Source of the DNA: an uncultured Phycisphaerales bacterium
GTDB taxonomy: Bacteria > Planctomycetota > Phycisphaerae > Tepidisphaerales > Tepidisphaeraceae
Direction: 5' to 3'
Assembly: GCA_963755915.1 (NCBI GenBank)
Contig: CAVWLP010000002.1
Coordinates: forward strand, 4,064,001-4,128,000
DNA length: 64,000 nucleotides
Below the pieces are notes generated by a model. The model ran no database searches, was not told where the DNA came from, and saw only the letters and a program-made list of their open reading frames with translations. Numbering within the stretch: position 1 is the first letter of the stretch; each line of letters begins with the position of its first letter. Of this stretch, positions 21,644-32,038 are shown in pieces. Position numbers and translations under genes: made by a program.

Positions 21644-22722
21644 CCCGCCAACCCCTGAAGATCCCATTCTTCCAAAACGGACCTGACAGTGACCGGCTGA
21701 CGCCGTTGAAGGCTCCGGTCCATCGCCGTCATGAGCGCGACAGTCACAATCCCCTCCCGCAAATCGGGCGCAGGCGTCTGGTTGCTTTCGATGCATCGCG
21801 CGAAATATTCAATGTAATTCTGATACTCCCCCGCATGATGACTGCGCCCGCCGAAGCGGAAATAATAGGGCGCCCGCGTTTCAATATCATATTGCACGCA
21901 TCCTTCCCCTTTGAAATGCGTGCTGTAGCGCAGATCGTAATAATCCGCCTGGCTCGCCCCATTTTCCCCCCGAAGAATGCAGGTCATGTGGCTGTCGCGC
22001 ATATGGTTCACCGGCGGCGAGCTGTAACACCCGCTCACCCGCGCAATGTTTCCAGCCCCCGTCGTCATCACGAAGTGCATCGAATCCGCATCGCGAAGGC
22101 CGCCCACTCGTCCGTTTTCCGTCAGCATGCCATACCCCATCACCTCCGTCACATCCGGAAAATACCAGCGGACCAGGTCGACAGGATGACTCAATCCCCC
22201 GAATAGCCATTTCAGCCCACCCGTCTTCGCCCAGTCCTTCTGAAGGAACCACCGGTTGTCGGCGTGATAGTGTGCCTCGACGGAAAAAAGTTTGCCGTGC
22301 TTTCCAGCATCGAAATCGGCGCGCTGCCAGATCATCGGCTCGAAGAACCGCGAGCTCTGCCCCACGAACACCCGCCGCCCGGTTCTCTGGGCAACCTCCA
22401 GCAGCGACTTCGCCTGCTCCAGGTTATCCAGCAGCGGCTTCGTGCATATCGCGTGTTTCCCCGCCTCCAAAATCTGCTTGATGTGGCTCGCATGCAGCGG
22501 ATCGGGCGTATACACCCCGATCACGTCAATCTTCGAATCCCCCAGCATCTCCTCAAATTTCGTCGTATAGCGATCGAGCCGGAACTCGGCCGCGCGCTCC
22601 TTGCAAAGCGCCTCGTTCAAATCGCAAATCTGGGCCAGCTCCCAAAGCTGGCTGTTCAACGCCGCCGAGATAATGCTTCGGCCTTCTCCCAGTCCCAGCA
22701 CGCCAAGTCTCAGTTTCGTCAT
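21640..22722 (-). CDS. Gfo/Idh/MocA family NAD(P)-dependent oxidoreductase
   Basis: Rossmann 'LGVLGLGEG', 'IDVIGVYTPDPLH', 'AGKHAICTKP'. Last gene of the RLP operon. Confidence 0.88.
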   Translation of the reverse strand: MTKLRLGVLGLGEGRSIISAALNSQLWELAQICDLNEALCKERAAEFRLDRYTTKFEEMLGDSKIDVIGVYTPDPLHASHIKQILEAGKHAICTKPLLDNLEQAKSLLEVAQRTGRRVFVGQSSRFFEPMIWQRADFDAGKHGKLFSVEAHYHADNRWFLQKDWAKTGGLKWLFGGLSHPVDLVRWYFPDVTEVMGYGMLTENGRVGGLRDADSMHFVMTTGAGNIARVSGCYSSPPVNHMRDSHMTCILRGENGASQADYYDLRYSTHFKGEGCVQYDIETRAPYYFRFGGRSHHAGEYQNYIEYFARCIESNQTPAPDLREGIVTVALMTAMDRSLQRRQPVTVRSVLEEWDLQGLAG

Positions 22723-22742
22723 GTTAAAAATACCCGGCTAAA

Positions 22743-25252
22743 TCAACGGTTCGATAATACACCATAAAGTTCAGCTTCGCGCAGATTCGCTCGCGCGCCG
22801 GGCGAAATTGACGTGAACGTGATCCGCACATACCGGGCCACCGCTCCCGGATCGAAGATATCGTTGCGCACCGCATCTACCCGCTCCGTCCGCGTTCGAT
22901 CTATCCCGAGCGCCCATTGCGCCCCATCCATCGACAACTCCATCCGATACCGATAGTTTCCCGCCGCGTTGAAGGTAAGCCTGCAACTCGAAAGCTGGTA
23001 AAACCCCTCCAGATCGATCCTGAACCACGCTGGAAGGCCGGCGTCCCGCGCCTCCCACCAGGTCTGCGCATTTGCATCGTTCGCGAACCGTGCAGGCTGC
23101 CCTTCGGCTTCCGAGCTTGCCGCGCTCGGCCGGTCGCGGGCAACGTTCACTGCATTCTTCATCGCCTCGATCGAAGCCTGCGACGGCTCCGCCCGTTTGT
23201 ACGGTCGAGCCGCCGCTGGCAACGTTTCACCCTCCACCCATCGCGGCTCCCCCTCGGTTGTGATGACGAGCCACGCATCCCCCAGCCCCGGCGAAGTCGC
23301 GCGAATCCGGCTCTGTCCCCCGTGATAGGAGCGAAACGCAATCCCCGCCTCTCCTTCGGCAATAGCGATATCGCCATCGGCTTCGAAGGTGATGCTTCTC
23401 CCGGTCGGAAATTCTCCCGGTCCCGATTCGATCGTCAACGTGATCGCCGGCGAATTGCTGATCCGATTTCCCCCCGCATCCAGCACACAAACCACGATTT
23501 GGCAATCGTCGGTTGCATCCGTGCCCGCGATTGTGGTCTTGTCCGCCGTTATCTCCAATTTGGCCGCGGTTCCCGGCGCGGGCCACGGCGGGGGGGCAAT
23601 TCCGCGCAGTTCATTGCGATACCAGTACCAGCTCCGTTTCGGAATACGATTGTGCTGCACGATTCCCTTCAGACCCTGCCGCCCCGCGATGCTGCCATAA
23701 TCAAACCCGCACCAGATCGCCTCTCCTCCGCGCCACGCAAACCGCTCCGATTGCAACTCGCCAAAGAAGGGTTCATACGCATCGACCGGCTTGCTGATCG
23801 CGCCATATTCGCTGACCATGTTGGCGATGCCCGGGTCCATAAAAAGCCGGGCCCCATCGCCGTTATATCCAGCGACGTCCCCCAGCTTGTCCACCTGCCC
23901 GCGCTGAGCCCCGCCGACAGCCGCGGGGCGGGTCGGGTCGAGCTCATGGCTCAGCTCCACCATCCGCGCGATCAGCAACCTGGCCCTTTCAAGGTCATAC
24001 GTGAAAAACGCCTCGTTCGTCATGCTCCAGATCACGATCGACGGATGGTTCCGATTGAAGCGGATCATTTCCGCAAGCATCCGCTCACAACTCTCCTCAA
24101 ACGCTTCCCGATCCGCCGCATTGATCGGATACGCGCTCGCATTCCAATACCCCTCAGGCCCGAATCCGCCTTTCCCCCAAAAACATGCTTCCGACCAGAA
24201 GATCATCCCCAGCCGGTCGCACGCATCGGCAAACGCCGGGTTATGCGGATAATGCGCACTGCGCACGAAATTGAACCCGGCCTCTTTGATCAGTTTCGCA
24301 TCCCGAAAACACGCCCCCTGCGTCGTCGCGATGCCCCATCCCGCCTGATCCTGATGCGCGTTGACGCCGCGCAGGTAAAGATGTTCGCCATTGAGAAAAA
24401 AGCCCCGATCGCTCGTCCATTCAAACCAGCGGAAACCAATCGCGGTTTCGAAGTCGTCCAAAAGCCCGTCGTCATGCAGTTCCACTCGCACGCTGTAAAG
24501 CGCCGGATGATTTGGATGCCACAACTCCACCCCGGCAATGGCCGGCAAAGCCTGCTCGATTTCAACCGTCGATCCCGCCCCGATCTCGTGCGACGTATCG
24601 CTCGAAGCCACAACGCGCCCCCGCGGATCGCAAACCCGCGTCGCCAGCCGAAAGCTGCTCGCGTGATCCAAGCGATTTGAAACCTCCGTTGTCACCATCA
24701 CCGTCGCCGATTCCCGCGACACCGACGGCGTGGTCACGCCCACCCCATGCCACGTAATATGCAGCGGCTCCTTCACCACAAGATAAACATCCCGATAGAT
24801 CCCCCCCGAAAAATGTGCTCGCCCGCCCGCGGAACCAGCCGCGGATTCCAGCTATTGTCCACCTTAACGGCCAGCAAATTCGCCCCGGCGCGAACCGCAT
24901 CAGTAATCTCAATGCAAAACCCCGTATATCCCCCTTCATGCCGCCCAACCAATGTGCCGTTAAGAAAGACATCGGCGACCTGAAAGACCCCCTCAAATTC
25001 GAGAAACAATCGCTTTGTCGCCCAATCATCCGGAATGTCGATTCGCTTTCGATACCAACCAACGCCGACATAAAAATCGGCCGCGCGAAAATAAGGAAGA
25101 TCAAATGTGTGCGGCAGTCCCACCCGCGTCCAATTGGTGTCGTCGAACTTCCAGTCCTGCGCACCGCCTGCGTCGCCAGGAAAGAATTGCCACTCCCGAT
25201 TGAGGTTCAGCCGCCTGCGGCCCGATTGCCGTGATGACACCAATCCTCCCAT
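22743..25252 (-). CDS. GH2 glycosidase with C-terminal F5/8-type C (CBM32-like) domain (frameshift ~24800)
   Basis: 'LNREWQF', 'LPHTF', 'LEFEGVFQ..HEGGYTGF', 'GVNAHQD', 'RSAHYPH', 'NRNHPSIVIWSMTNE', and a C-terminal discoidin-like 'NVARDRPSAASSE...FAND...ARYVRIT'. Confidence 0.88.
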
Positions 25253-25254
25253 TT

Positions 25255-25926
25255 TCAGCTCGCCGCGACGATCTGCGCCAGATGTTCAACGGCAAGCCGG
25301 GGGCTGGAGAGAATCGGCACAGGTTTCTCCTCCGCCTTGAGCCCGTCGGCAGTGCGCGCCATCGAAGCCTGCGCCAGCACGATGACATCCACCCTCGGCG
25401 ACAAATCTCGCAGCGCCTGCCCAATCAGCGCATCGTGCCTCGCCCCGTCTCCGGACATCACCGCTTCAAACGCTCCGCTCACCACTTGCGAGATGACCTC
25501 AACCGCCTTCCCATCCTTCCGCCGGCAGCTTCGGATGAGAGCAACGGTCGGCTCCAACGTCGAAGGCAGCGTCGCCACCACCCCCACCCGATGCCCGGTA
25601 TTCACCGCCTTTTGCGCCATCGCTTCATCGACTCGCAAAACGGTCGCCGCGCTAAGCGCCCGCGAGGCCTCCACTGCCCGCCCCATCGAAGAACACGTCA
25701 CCATGATAAACTCCGCCCCCGCCTCCTCGGCCGAAAGCACGTGCCCAACCAGCCGCCGCGCCGTCGCCGGCGGCGTCTTTCCCTCCCGAATGATGTCGCA
25801 CAGCAGGCTTTCATCCACCATGTTGAAGATCGTCGCTCCAGGCAACAGCTCGTTCGCCAACGCCTTGAAAATTGGAATCATCGACGGCGACGTATGAACA
25901 AACGCGATCGTTTTCGACATAATCAT
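25255..25926 (-). CDS. Asp/Glu/hydantoin racemase superfamily protein
   Basis: 'FVHTSP', 'MVTCSSMG', 'LRVDEAMA', 'GVVATLPSTLEPT', 'DVIVLAQASM', 'LSSP'. ATGA overlap with the kinase stop. Confidence 0.85.
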   Translation of the reverse strand: MIMSKTIAFVHTSPSMIPIFKALANELLPGATIFNMVDESLLCDIIREGKTPPATARRLVGHVLSAEEAGAEFIMVTCSSMGRAVEASRALSAATVLRVDEAMAQKAVNTGHRVGVVATLPSTLEPTVALIRSCRRKDGKAVEVISQVVSGAFEAVMSGDGARHDALIGQALRDLSPRVDVIVLAQASMARTADGLKAEEKPVPILSSPRLAVEHLAQIVAAS

Positions 25927-27244
25927 TCCCGGTGAAATTCCCGCCCCTGCTCCACAAGCCCAAAGAATTCCTCATTGCCGATCTGCCCCCCCTTGAAGGC
26001 GATTTCCAGTCCGTCGATGGATGGATTCGTAGAACTCGCCTTGCACAGCGGCACGCCGCGCGTCAGCTCGCCGATCATTTCAACCGCTTCAATCCCCAGT
26101 GCCCGCGCGACTTGACTCGATGTATCTCCGCCCGCCACCACGGCCCGGCGCATACCCGTCTCACCCAAAGCCCTCGCGAGAATTCTCCCCAGCGCCGCGC
26201 CAATTCCTGATGTGTCATTTGCCCACAGGTCCTTCGTCCCGCTGCCGCCCGTGTGAAGGCAAACGCTCCTGCCCGCGCGGATCGCAGCGCACACCTCAGA
26301 GCAGGTATCGCCCACATCCTGCCCATCAAAAACAATCTCCGCGAAACCATTGCCCACCGCCCAGCGAATCTGCGCCCCGGTAACCGGAGAGCAGCTCCCC
26401 GCCACAGCGATAATCGGCGTTGCCGGCCCCGGCTGCTCGAAATGCGCCGTCCGGGCCGCGCTTCCCGTTTTCATCCAGTGCGCGCACAGAGCAGACTCCA
26501 CCCCGGATGATCCTGCGACAAACAGGGGGCCATCGCTCCTCGCGTGCTCCGCCATGATTGCCCCGATCGCTTCCAGATGGCGATCATAAAGAACATCCAT
26601 CAGTACAATTCGCGCGCCCTCTCCCAGCAAAGACTCCAACCGCCGATGCAGATCCTCCGACTGCATTTCCATATCGATCGCGTCCACCAATCCGATCCGC
26701 TTCGACGTTTGTTTCCCCAGATGCACGCGCAGATCCGCTTCGTCCATCGGCGTAATCGGATGCCGGCTCATCGACGGATGCCGGTCCAGCCGATAGATTT
26801 CCGGTTCCCCTCCGCACCGCGCAAAAAGATTCCCGAATGCGCAGTATCGCCCCAGCGCCGGTGCGCCCACCACCACCGGCACAAACCGAGACCCAAACAC
26901 TTCCATCCCAACGTCAATCACCCGCCCAATACTGCCGATCGCGGGCGATGAATCGAACGTCGAGCAGGTTTTGTAATGGACAATCGGCGCGCCCGAATCG
27001 CGCATCGCCAGAAAATCGGCTCGATCTGCTTGGCGATCTGATCCGTCGGCAGCGACCGCGTCAATCCCGCCACGCCCAGCGCCTGCAATCCCTTATACCG
27101 TTCCAATTGCGCCGCCGTCGGAACATTCGTGAACAGCACCGTGCGGATTCCATGCCGAGCCAGCGATTCCATCGCATCCGTCGACCCGGTGAAATCGTCG
27201 CCGACAAACGCCATCAGCAGGTTGCTTTGCTTCGCGCCGTTCAC
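25923..27244 (-). CDS. Four-carbon acid sugar kinase family (DUF1537), OiaK-like (frameshift ~27010)
   Basis: 'GDDFTGSTDAME', 'HYKTCSTFDSS', 'AGSCSPVT', 'AGGDTS', 'KGGQIG'. GTG start overlaps the RLP stop. Confidence 0.9.
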
Positions 27245-28504
27245 GTGGATTGTTTCCCAAACCTGGCGATGCTTTGCCCCAGTTCCCGGTGATCGCGCGC
27301 ATAATCTTCCAGCGGTCTGCCGGCAACCGCCGCTTCCCACGCCTGCCGCAGCGCCGCCACTCCCGACCCCGGCCCACCCGGATGCGCCATGATTCCTCCC
27401 CCCGCCAGGTAAAGAAGATCAGCCGTATGCGTGCGCCGCCACGTTTCCGGTGCTTGAAGCCCCGTCTGTCCGGATGAGACGACCGGAAGAACCGCGCGCC
27501 CTCCGGACATCGGCTCCAGGCAAGCCGCGATCGATCTCACCACCGAATCATCGCTCTCCCAGAACTTGTTGGCGATCCCGTTCACATGAATCTGATCCAC
27601 CCCGGCCAATCTCCAGATTTTCTGATATGCGGTGAATTCTATCCCCAGCCACGGATGCCGGTTCAGCATTCCCCATCCGTTGCGGTGTCCGTGAACCGCC
27701 AGCGCGCCCAGATCGCAAATCTTTTTCACGCCGGCCAGGCCCACGCTGTTCAGCGAGACCATCACCGCCGTCCCTCCCGACGTGCGGACCTTCTCATAAT
27801 GCCGCAGCATCGCGTCGATTTCATCGCTGATGTTGAACGCATACATCACCTTCTTTCCCGTGCGATCGGCATGCGCGTTCAGTACCTTCATCACCGCATC
27901 GACGCGCTGGTCGAATGGCGAGTGAGGCGGATTGGCCATCAGCTCATCATCTTTAATGAAATCGATCTTCGCTTCCGCAAGTAGAGCGACCAAATTTGCC
28001 GTCTCCTCCGGCGACAGCCCGATGCTCGGTTTTATAATTGTCCCAATCAGCGGCCTGCCGCGCACACCACTCAATTCACGCGTACCCGCGATTCCAAATC
28101 GCGGCCCCGGGAACGCCTTGACGTATGTCTCCGGAAACTCCAGATCGACCAGCTTCACCCCCGAAAATTCTCGCAGCTCATACAAATTCCCCTGCACCGT
28201 CGAAACCAGCGTGGGTAAATTGTGCCCGAAGTTTTCGATCGCCCAGGAAACCACGATCTCGGCGCGCCGGTACTGCCCCGAAAATCCCTCTCGGGGCTTT
28301 TTAATTGGCAAGCTCGGCTCCGAAACGCCCGGCAACTCGCTGATCTTCTCCACCCGCGCCAAATCGCCGCCGGATTTCGTCCGTCTCCCCGGGAACTTCC
28401 ACAAATGTTCCCGATGATTGTTCCCCCGCCAAAACCGCGGCCGCGCGGTTGACTTCCAGGGGGGTCTCGATCAAATAGGTGGCGCTGATTCGCTCTGCCG
28501 GCAT
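27241..28504 (-). CDS. RuBisCO-like protein (form IV), OiaT/OiaX-type (frameshift ~28355)
   Basis: N-terminus 'ATYLIETP...AGEQSSGTF..VPGETDE', 'GTIIKPSIG' (KPS instead of KPK), 'FIKDDE', 'HGHRNG', 'NKFWE', 'SSGQ', 'GGGIMAHP.G'. No small subunit or PRK nearby. Confidence 0.92.
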
Positions 28505-28547
28505 CCTCGATTATGATCCCAAAAATCAGTCGAATTGTCATGTTTTC

Positions 28548-30739
28548 ATGATAGACCGCCTCGATGAATTCAACGTCGTTTGGGATTCGCCCAGCGGGGA
28601 TGCTTCAGGCTCAATGCCTCTCGGCAACGGCGACATCGCGCTGAATGTATGGGTTGAAGCGGGGGGCGACTTGCTGCTCCTGACCGCCAAATCCGATGCC
28701 TGGGACGAAAATTCGATCAATCTCAAACTCGGCCGCATCCGCGTAAAACTCTCCTCAAATCCTTTCCAGCCCGGCCAGAAATTTCGCCAGACACTGCGCC
28801 TCAGAACCGCCGAAATTGAAATCGATGCCGGAACAGTCCATCTGCGAATCTGGGTCGATGCCAATTCACCCGTCATTCACATTGAAGCCCACGGAGACAC
28901 GCCGTTCGAAATCGAAGCCTCGCTGGAAATGTGGCGTACCTCACCCGCGCCATCCAGACCCAAACCAGCGACATGTTCAAGAACCTGGCCGCAAAAAACA
29001 GCGATCCCTATCCCACGATCGTCTGGCCCGACCAACTCCTCGAAGGTCCCGCCAATTCCGTGACCTGGTGCCACCACAACGAGAAACGCGATCCCGATCC
29101 CTACGAAACTAATCTGCGTCTTCAGGGTCTCGGTCAAATGCTGGATCATCTGCCCCATCCGCTGCTCGGCCGGGTTTTCGGGGCGTCGATGTTCGGCGGG
29201 AATTTCAAACGCGTCGATCCGCAAACACTTCGCTCGAATTCCGCGAGCACCAGTCATCATCTGAACATATTCGCCCTCAGCCAGTATCCCTCGACCCCAT
29301 CGCTATGGCTCGACGAAATGCATTGCAGGATTGCCAATGTCGGCGAATCTTCTTCCTCGCGCCAGCGCACGAGCTCCATTGGGAAAAGTTCTGGAATTCA
29401 AGCTGGATCTATATCACCGCCAGTTCCCCCGAAGCAAAGGCCGATGCCTTTCAGATCACGCGGGCGTACATCCTCCAACGATTCATGAATGCCGCCGCCG
29501 GCGCGGGCCCGATCAAGCACAACGGCTCCCTCTTCACCGTTGGCACTCCGGACGATCCCGATTTCCGGCGGTGGGGGGGTCCCGGGTTCTGGTTCCAAAA
29601 CCAGCGACTGATCTATTGGCCCATGCTCGCCGCCGGCGATTTCCATCTCATGCGCCCGTGGCTTGAAATGTATTTCCAATCCCTCCCCCTTGCCCGTCAC
29701 CGCACCGAAACCTATTTCCACCATGGCGGCGCCCACTATCCCGAAACCATCACCTTCTGGGCGCCGAAGTCAGCGCTCACTATGGCTGGACTCCATTCGA
29801 ACAGCGGAAAAATCCCGAAGCCGAATCCCCCTATCTCAAATACTACTGGACCGGCGGCCTGGAATTAACGCTCCTCCTGTGCGAATACTGCGCCTATACC
29901 GCCGATCCGCAATTCGCCCGCGACCGTCTCCTCCCCATCGCCGAGGCCGTCATCGAGTTTTTCGATCTTCACTATCCGCGCGACCCCGATGGAAAAATCC
30001 GCTTCGAGCCGGCCCAGGCTTTGGAGACCTGGCACCAGGCGGTCAACCCGCTGCCCGAAATCGCCGGGCTTCGCTATACGCTTGGCCGCCTCCTCGCCCT
30101 CCCCGAAGAATTCATTTCCAAGAGTTTGCGCGATCGATCCGCGCACGTGCTCGCGAGCTTCCCCAGCTCCCCCTCGGCGAAAAAAACGGAAAACGCTTCC
30201 TTTTTCCTGCCCAGCAGTTCGATCGCCTGAAGAACACCGAAAATCCCGAGCTATATTGCGTATTTCCCTATCGATTATTCGGCGTCGGCAAACCCGATCT
30301 CGACCTCGCGCAAAATACCTTCGACGCTCGCCTCCACTGCTCGCACGATTGCTGGTCGCAGGACGACATTCAATTGGCCCTGCTCGGACGCAGCAACCAG
30401 GCCAAAAACTGGCTCGCCAAACGCGCTTCCCCCGCCTCCCACAGCGACAGCCGTTTTCCCGCCTTCTGGAACGCCTTCCACGATTGGCTCCCCGACGTCG
30501 ATCACGGCGGCGTCCTGCAGATGGCGCTCCAGTTAATGATCATGCAGGCCGACGACGGCCTCATCACTCTCCTGCCCGCGTGGCCCCCTGAATGGAACGT
30601 CGATTTCAAGCTCCACGCCCCCGGCCGCACGATTATCGAGGGCTCCGTGCGCGATGGAGAATTCGTCCATCTCCACGTCTCGCCACCCGCCTCCACAGCC
30701 CGAGTGAAAGTTGCGCAAAATCGAAACTCTTTGCCCTGA
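28548..30739 (+). CDS. DUF5703 / GH95-like glycoside hydrolase (about 4 frameshifts)
   Basis: 'NVVWDSPS..ASGSMPLGNGDI.LNVW', 'WFQNQRLIYWPML', 'PAQALETW', 'NTENPELY.VFPY', 'CWSQD', 'LLPAWPPEWNVDFKLHAP', distributed over ORFs 28479, 28931, 29305, 29663 and 30021. Confidence 0.75.
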
Positions 30740-30781
30740 TCCTGCAATGGATCGAGCCGGTCCCCGTCCGTTAAAATCGCG

Positions 30782-32038
30782 GTGTTGAATTTATCCGCAA
30801 AAGTGTTTGGCGCCTGGTTTCTCGCCTGTTCCTGCACGGCCGGCGCTTTCGCCGCGCCCCCGGCAACCCTTCCAGCCGGCGGAGAGATTCAATTTCACAG
30901 CCCCGCCACCGGCGGCGTCGTCAACGGCAAAGTGCTCGTCCCCCCAAAGCCCGCCCCCAGCGCCGATGGCCGCATCCCGCTCGTCGTTTATCTCACCAAT
31001 CTCTCAATCCCCCGCCTCGGTCAGGAGCCGGACGATTCGATCATCCACGGCCTTCTCGATTCCGGCGATCTCGTCCTCCTCCTCGATTACGCCAAAAACC
31101 CCGCGGCCGTTTCTCCATCCCTCAATGCCGACATGCTCGAGCTCCGCCAGGAGATCGGCGGAAAAAAGAAAACCCTTCTCACCGAATATAACGTCGATGC
31201 CAATCATGTCTTCATTCTTGTCGAAGGCTATCGCCTCATGCGCGACGTGGAATTCGCCCGCGACAAATCCCGCATACTGGCCATGGACATTCAATATCCG
31301 TCAAACCCCGTCCATCCAGTCCCCGCCCTCATGGAGATCACCTGCGACAACACCAATCGCATGAGTTGCTACTCCCTTCTCTATTGTCACGATACCTTAA
31401 CCGACGGCGGCATGGCCGCCGGATTCGCCGTCGCGATGATCGATCATCCCGTTCCCCCGCCCTACAAAGGCATCGACGATCCGGAGCCGCAGCTCATTTA
31501 CCGTCTCAAGGCCGCCGTCAGAACCCTGCGCTTTACAGGCCGCCAACTTGGATTCACCGACCAGATCGGCGCCATCGGCTTCTCCCGCGGCGGACCCATG
31601 GCCGCGCTCCTCGCCGTCACCGGCGGCCGCACCGATCTCGAAGGCCCCGGCATCCATCCCGACGTCTCCAGCCGCATCCAGGCCGCGCTGATCCACGGCT
31701 GCCGATACGATTACGCCAATCTCGATTCCGACGATCCCATGCTCAAGCGATTTGAAAAAGTCTGGGGCCCGCGCGATCAGAATCCCACCCAATGGGACCA
31801 GCACGGCGCCGCATATTATCTCACCAAAGACACCGCCCCCATGTTCCTCAACACCAGCGACGCCGAATCAAAGGAATATCGGGACCAGCTCGCCCTCTTC
31901 AACGATGAGTTAACCCACGCCGGAATCGAGCACCAATATCAGCTCGATGTCGACGGCCGCGGCCACCATGTCACGTCCGACCCAAAAACCCTCGCCGCGA
32001 TTTATTTATTCTTTCACCAGCATCTCGATAACAGGTGA
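30782..32038 (+). CDS. Secreted alpha/beta-hydrolase (candidate carbohydrate esterase)
   Basis: Signal peptide; 'LKAAVRTLR...IGAIGFSRGG' nucleophile elbow; C-terminal His 'GRGHH'. Confidence 0.75.
   Translation: MLNLSAKVFGAWFLACSCTAGAFAAPPATLPAGGEIQFHSPATGGVVNGKVLVPPKPAPSADGRIPLVVYLTNLSIPRLGQEPDDSIIHGLLDSGDLVLLLDYAKNPAAVSPSLNADMLELRQEIGGKKKTLLTEYNVDANHVFILVEGYRLMRDVEFARDKSRILAMDIQYPSNPVHPVPALMEITCDNTNRMSCYSLLYCHDTLTDGGMAAGFAVAMIDHPVPPPYKGIDDPEPQLIYRLKAAVRTLRFTGRQLGFTDQIGAIGFSRGGPMAALLAVTGGRTDLEGPGIHPDVSSRIQAALIHGCRYDYANLDSDDPMLKRFEKVWGPRDQNPTQWDQHGAAYYLTKDTAPMFLNTSDAESKEYRDQLALFNDELTHAGIEHQYQLDVDGRGHHVTSDPKTLAAIYLFFHQHLDNR

Noticed and set aside
22710-22732. dif-like site (atgttaaa)
   Set aside because: Only a partial XerD-arm match, overlapping a start codon, with no XerC arm.
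27241-28504. True RuBisCO / carbon fixation
   Set aside because: KPS replaces KPK, the SSGQ motif is form IV-like, the neighbour is a DUF1537 kinase, and there is no rbcS or prk.
14200-28504. Planctomycete bacterial microcompartment (fucose/rhamnose) locus
   Set aside because: No BMC shell, aldolase or aldehyde dehydrogenase genes are present in the window.
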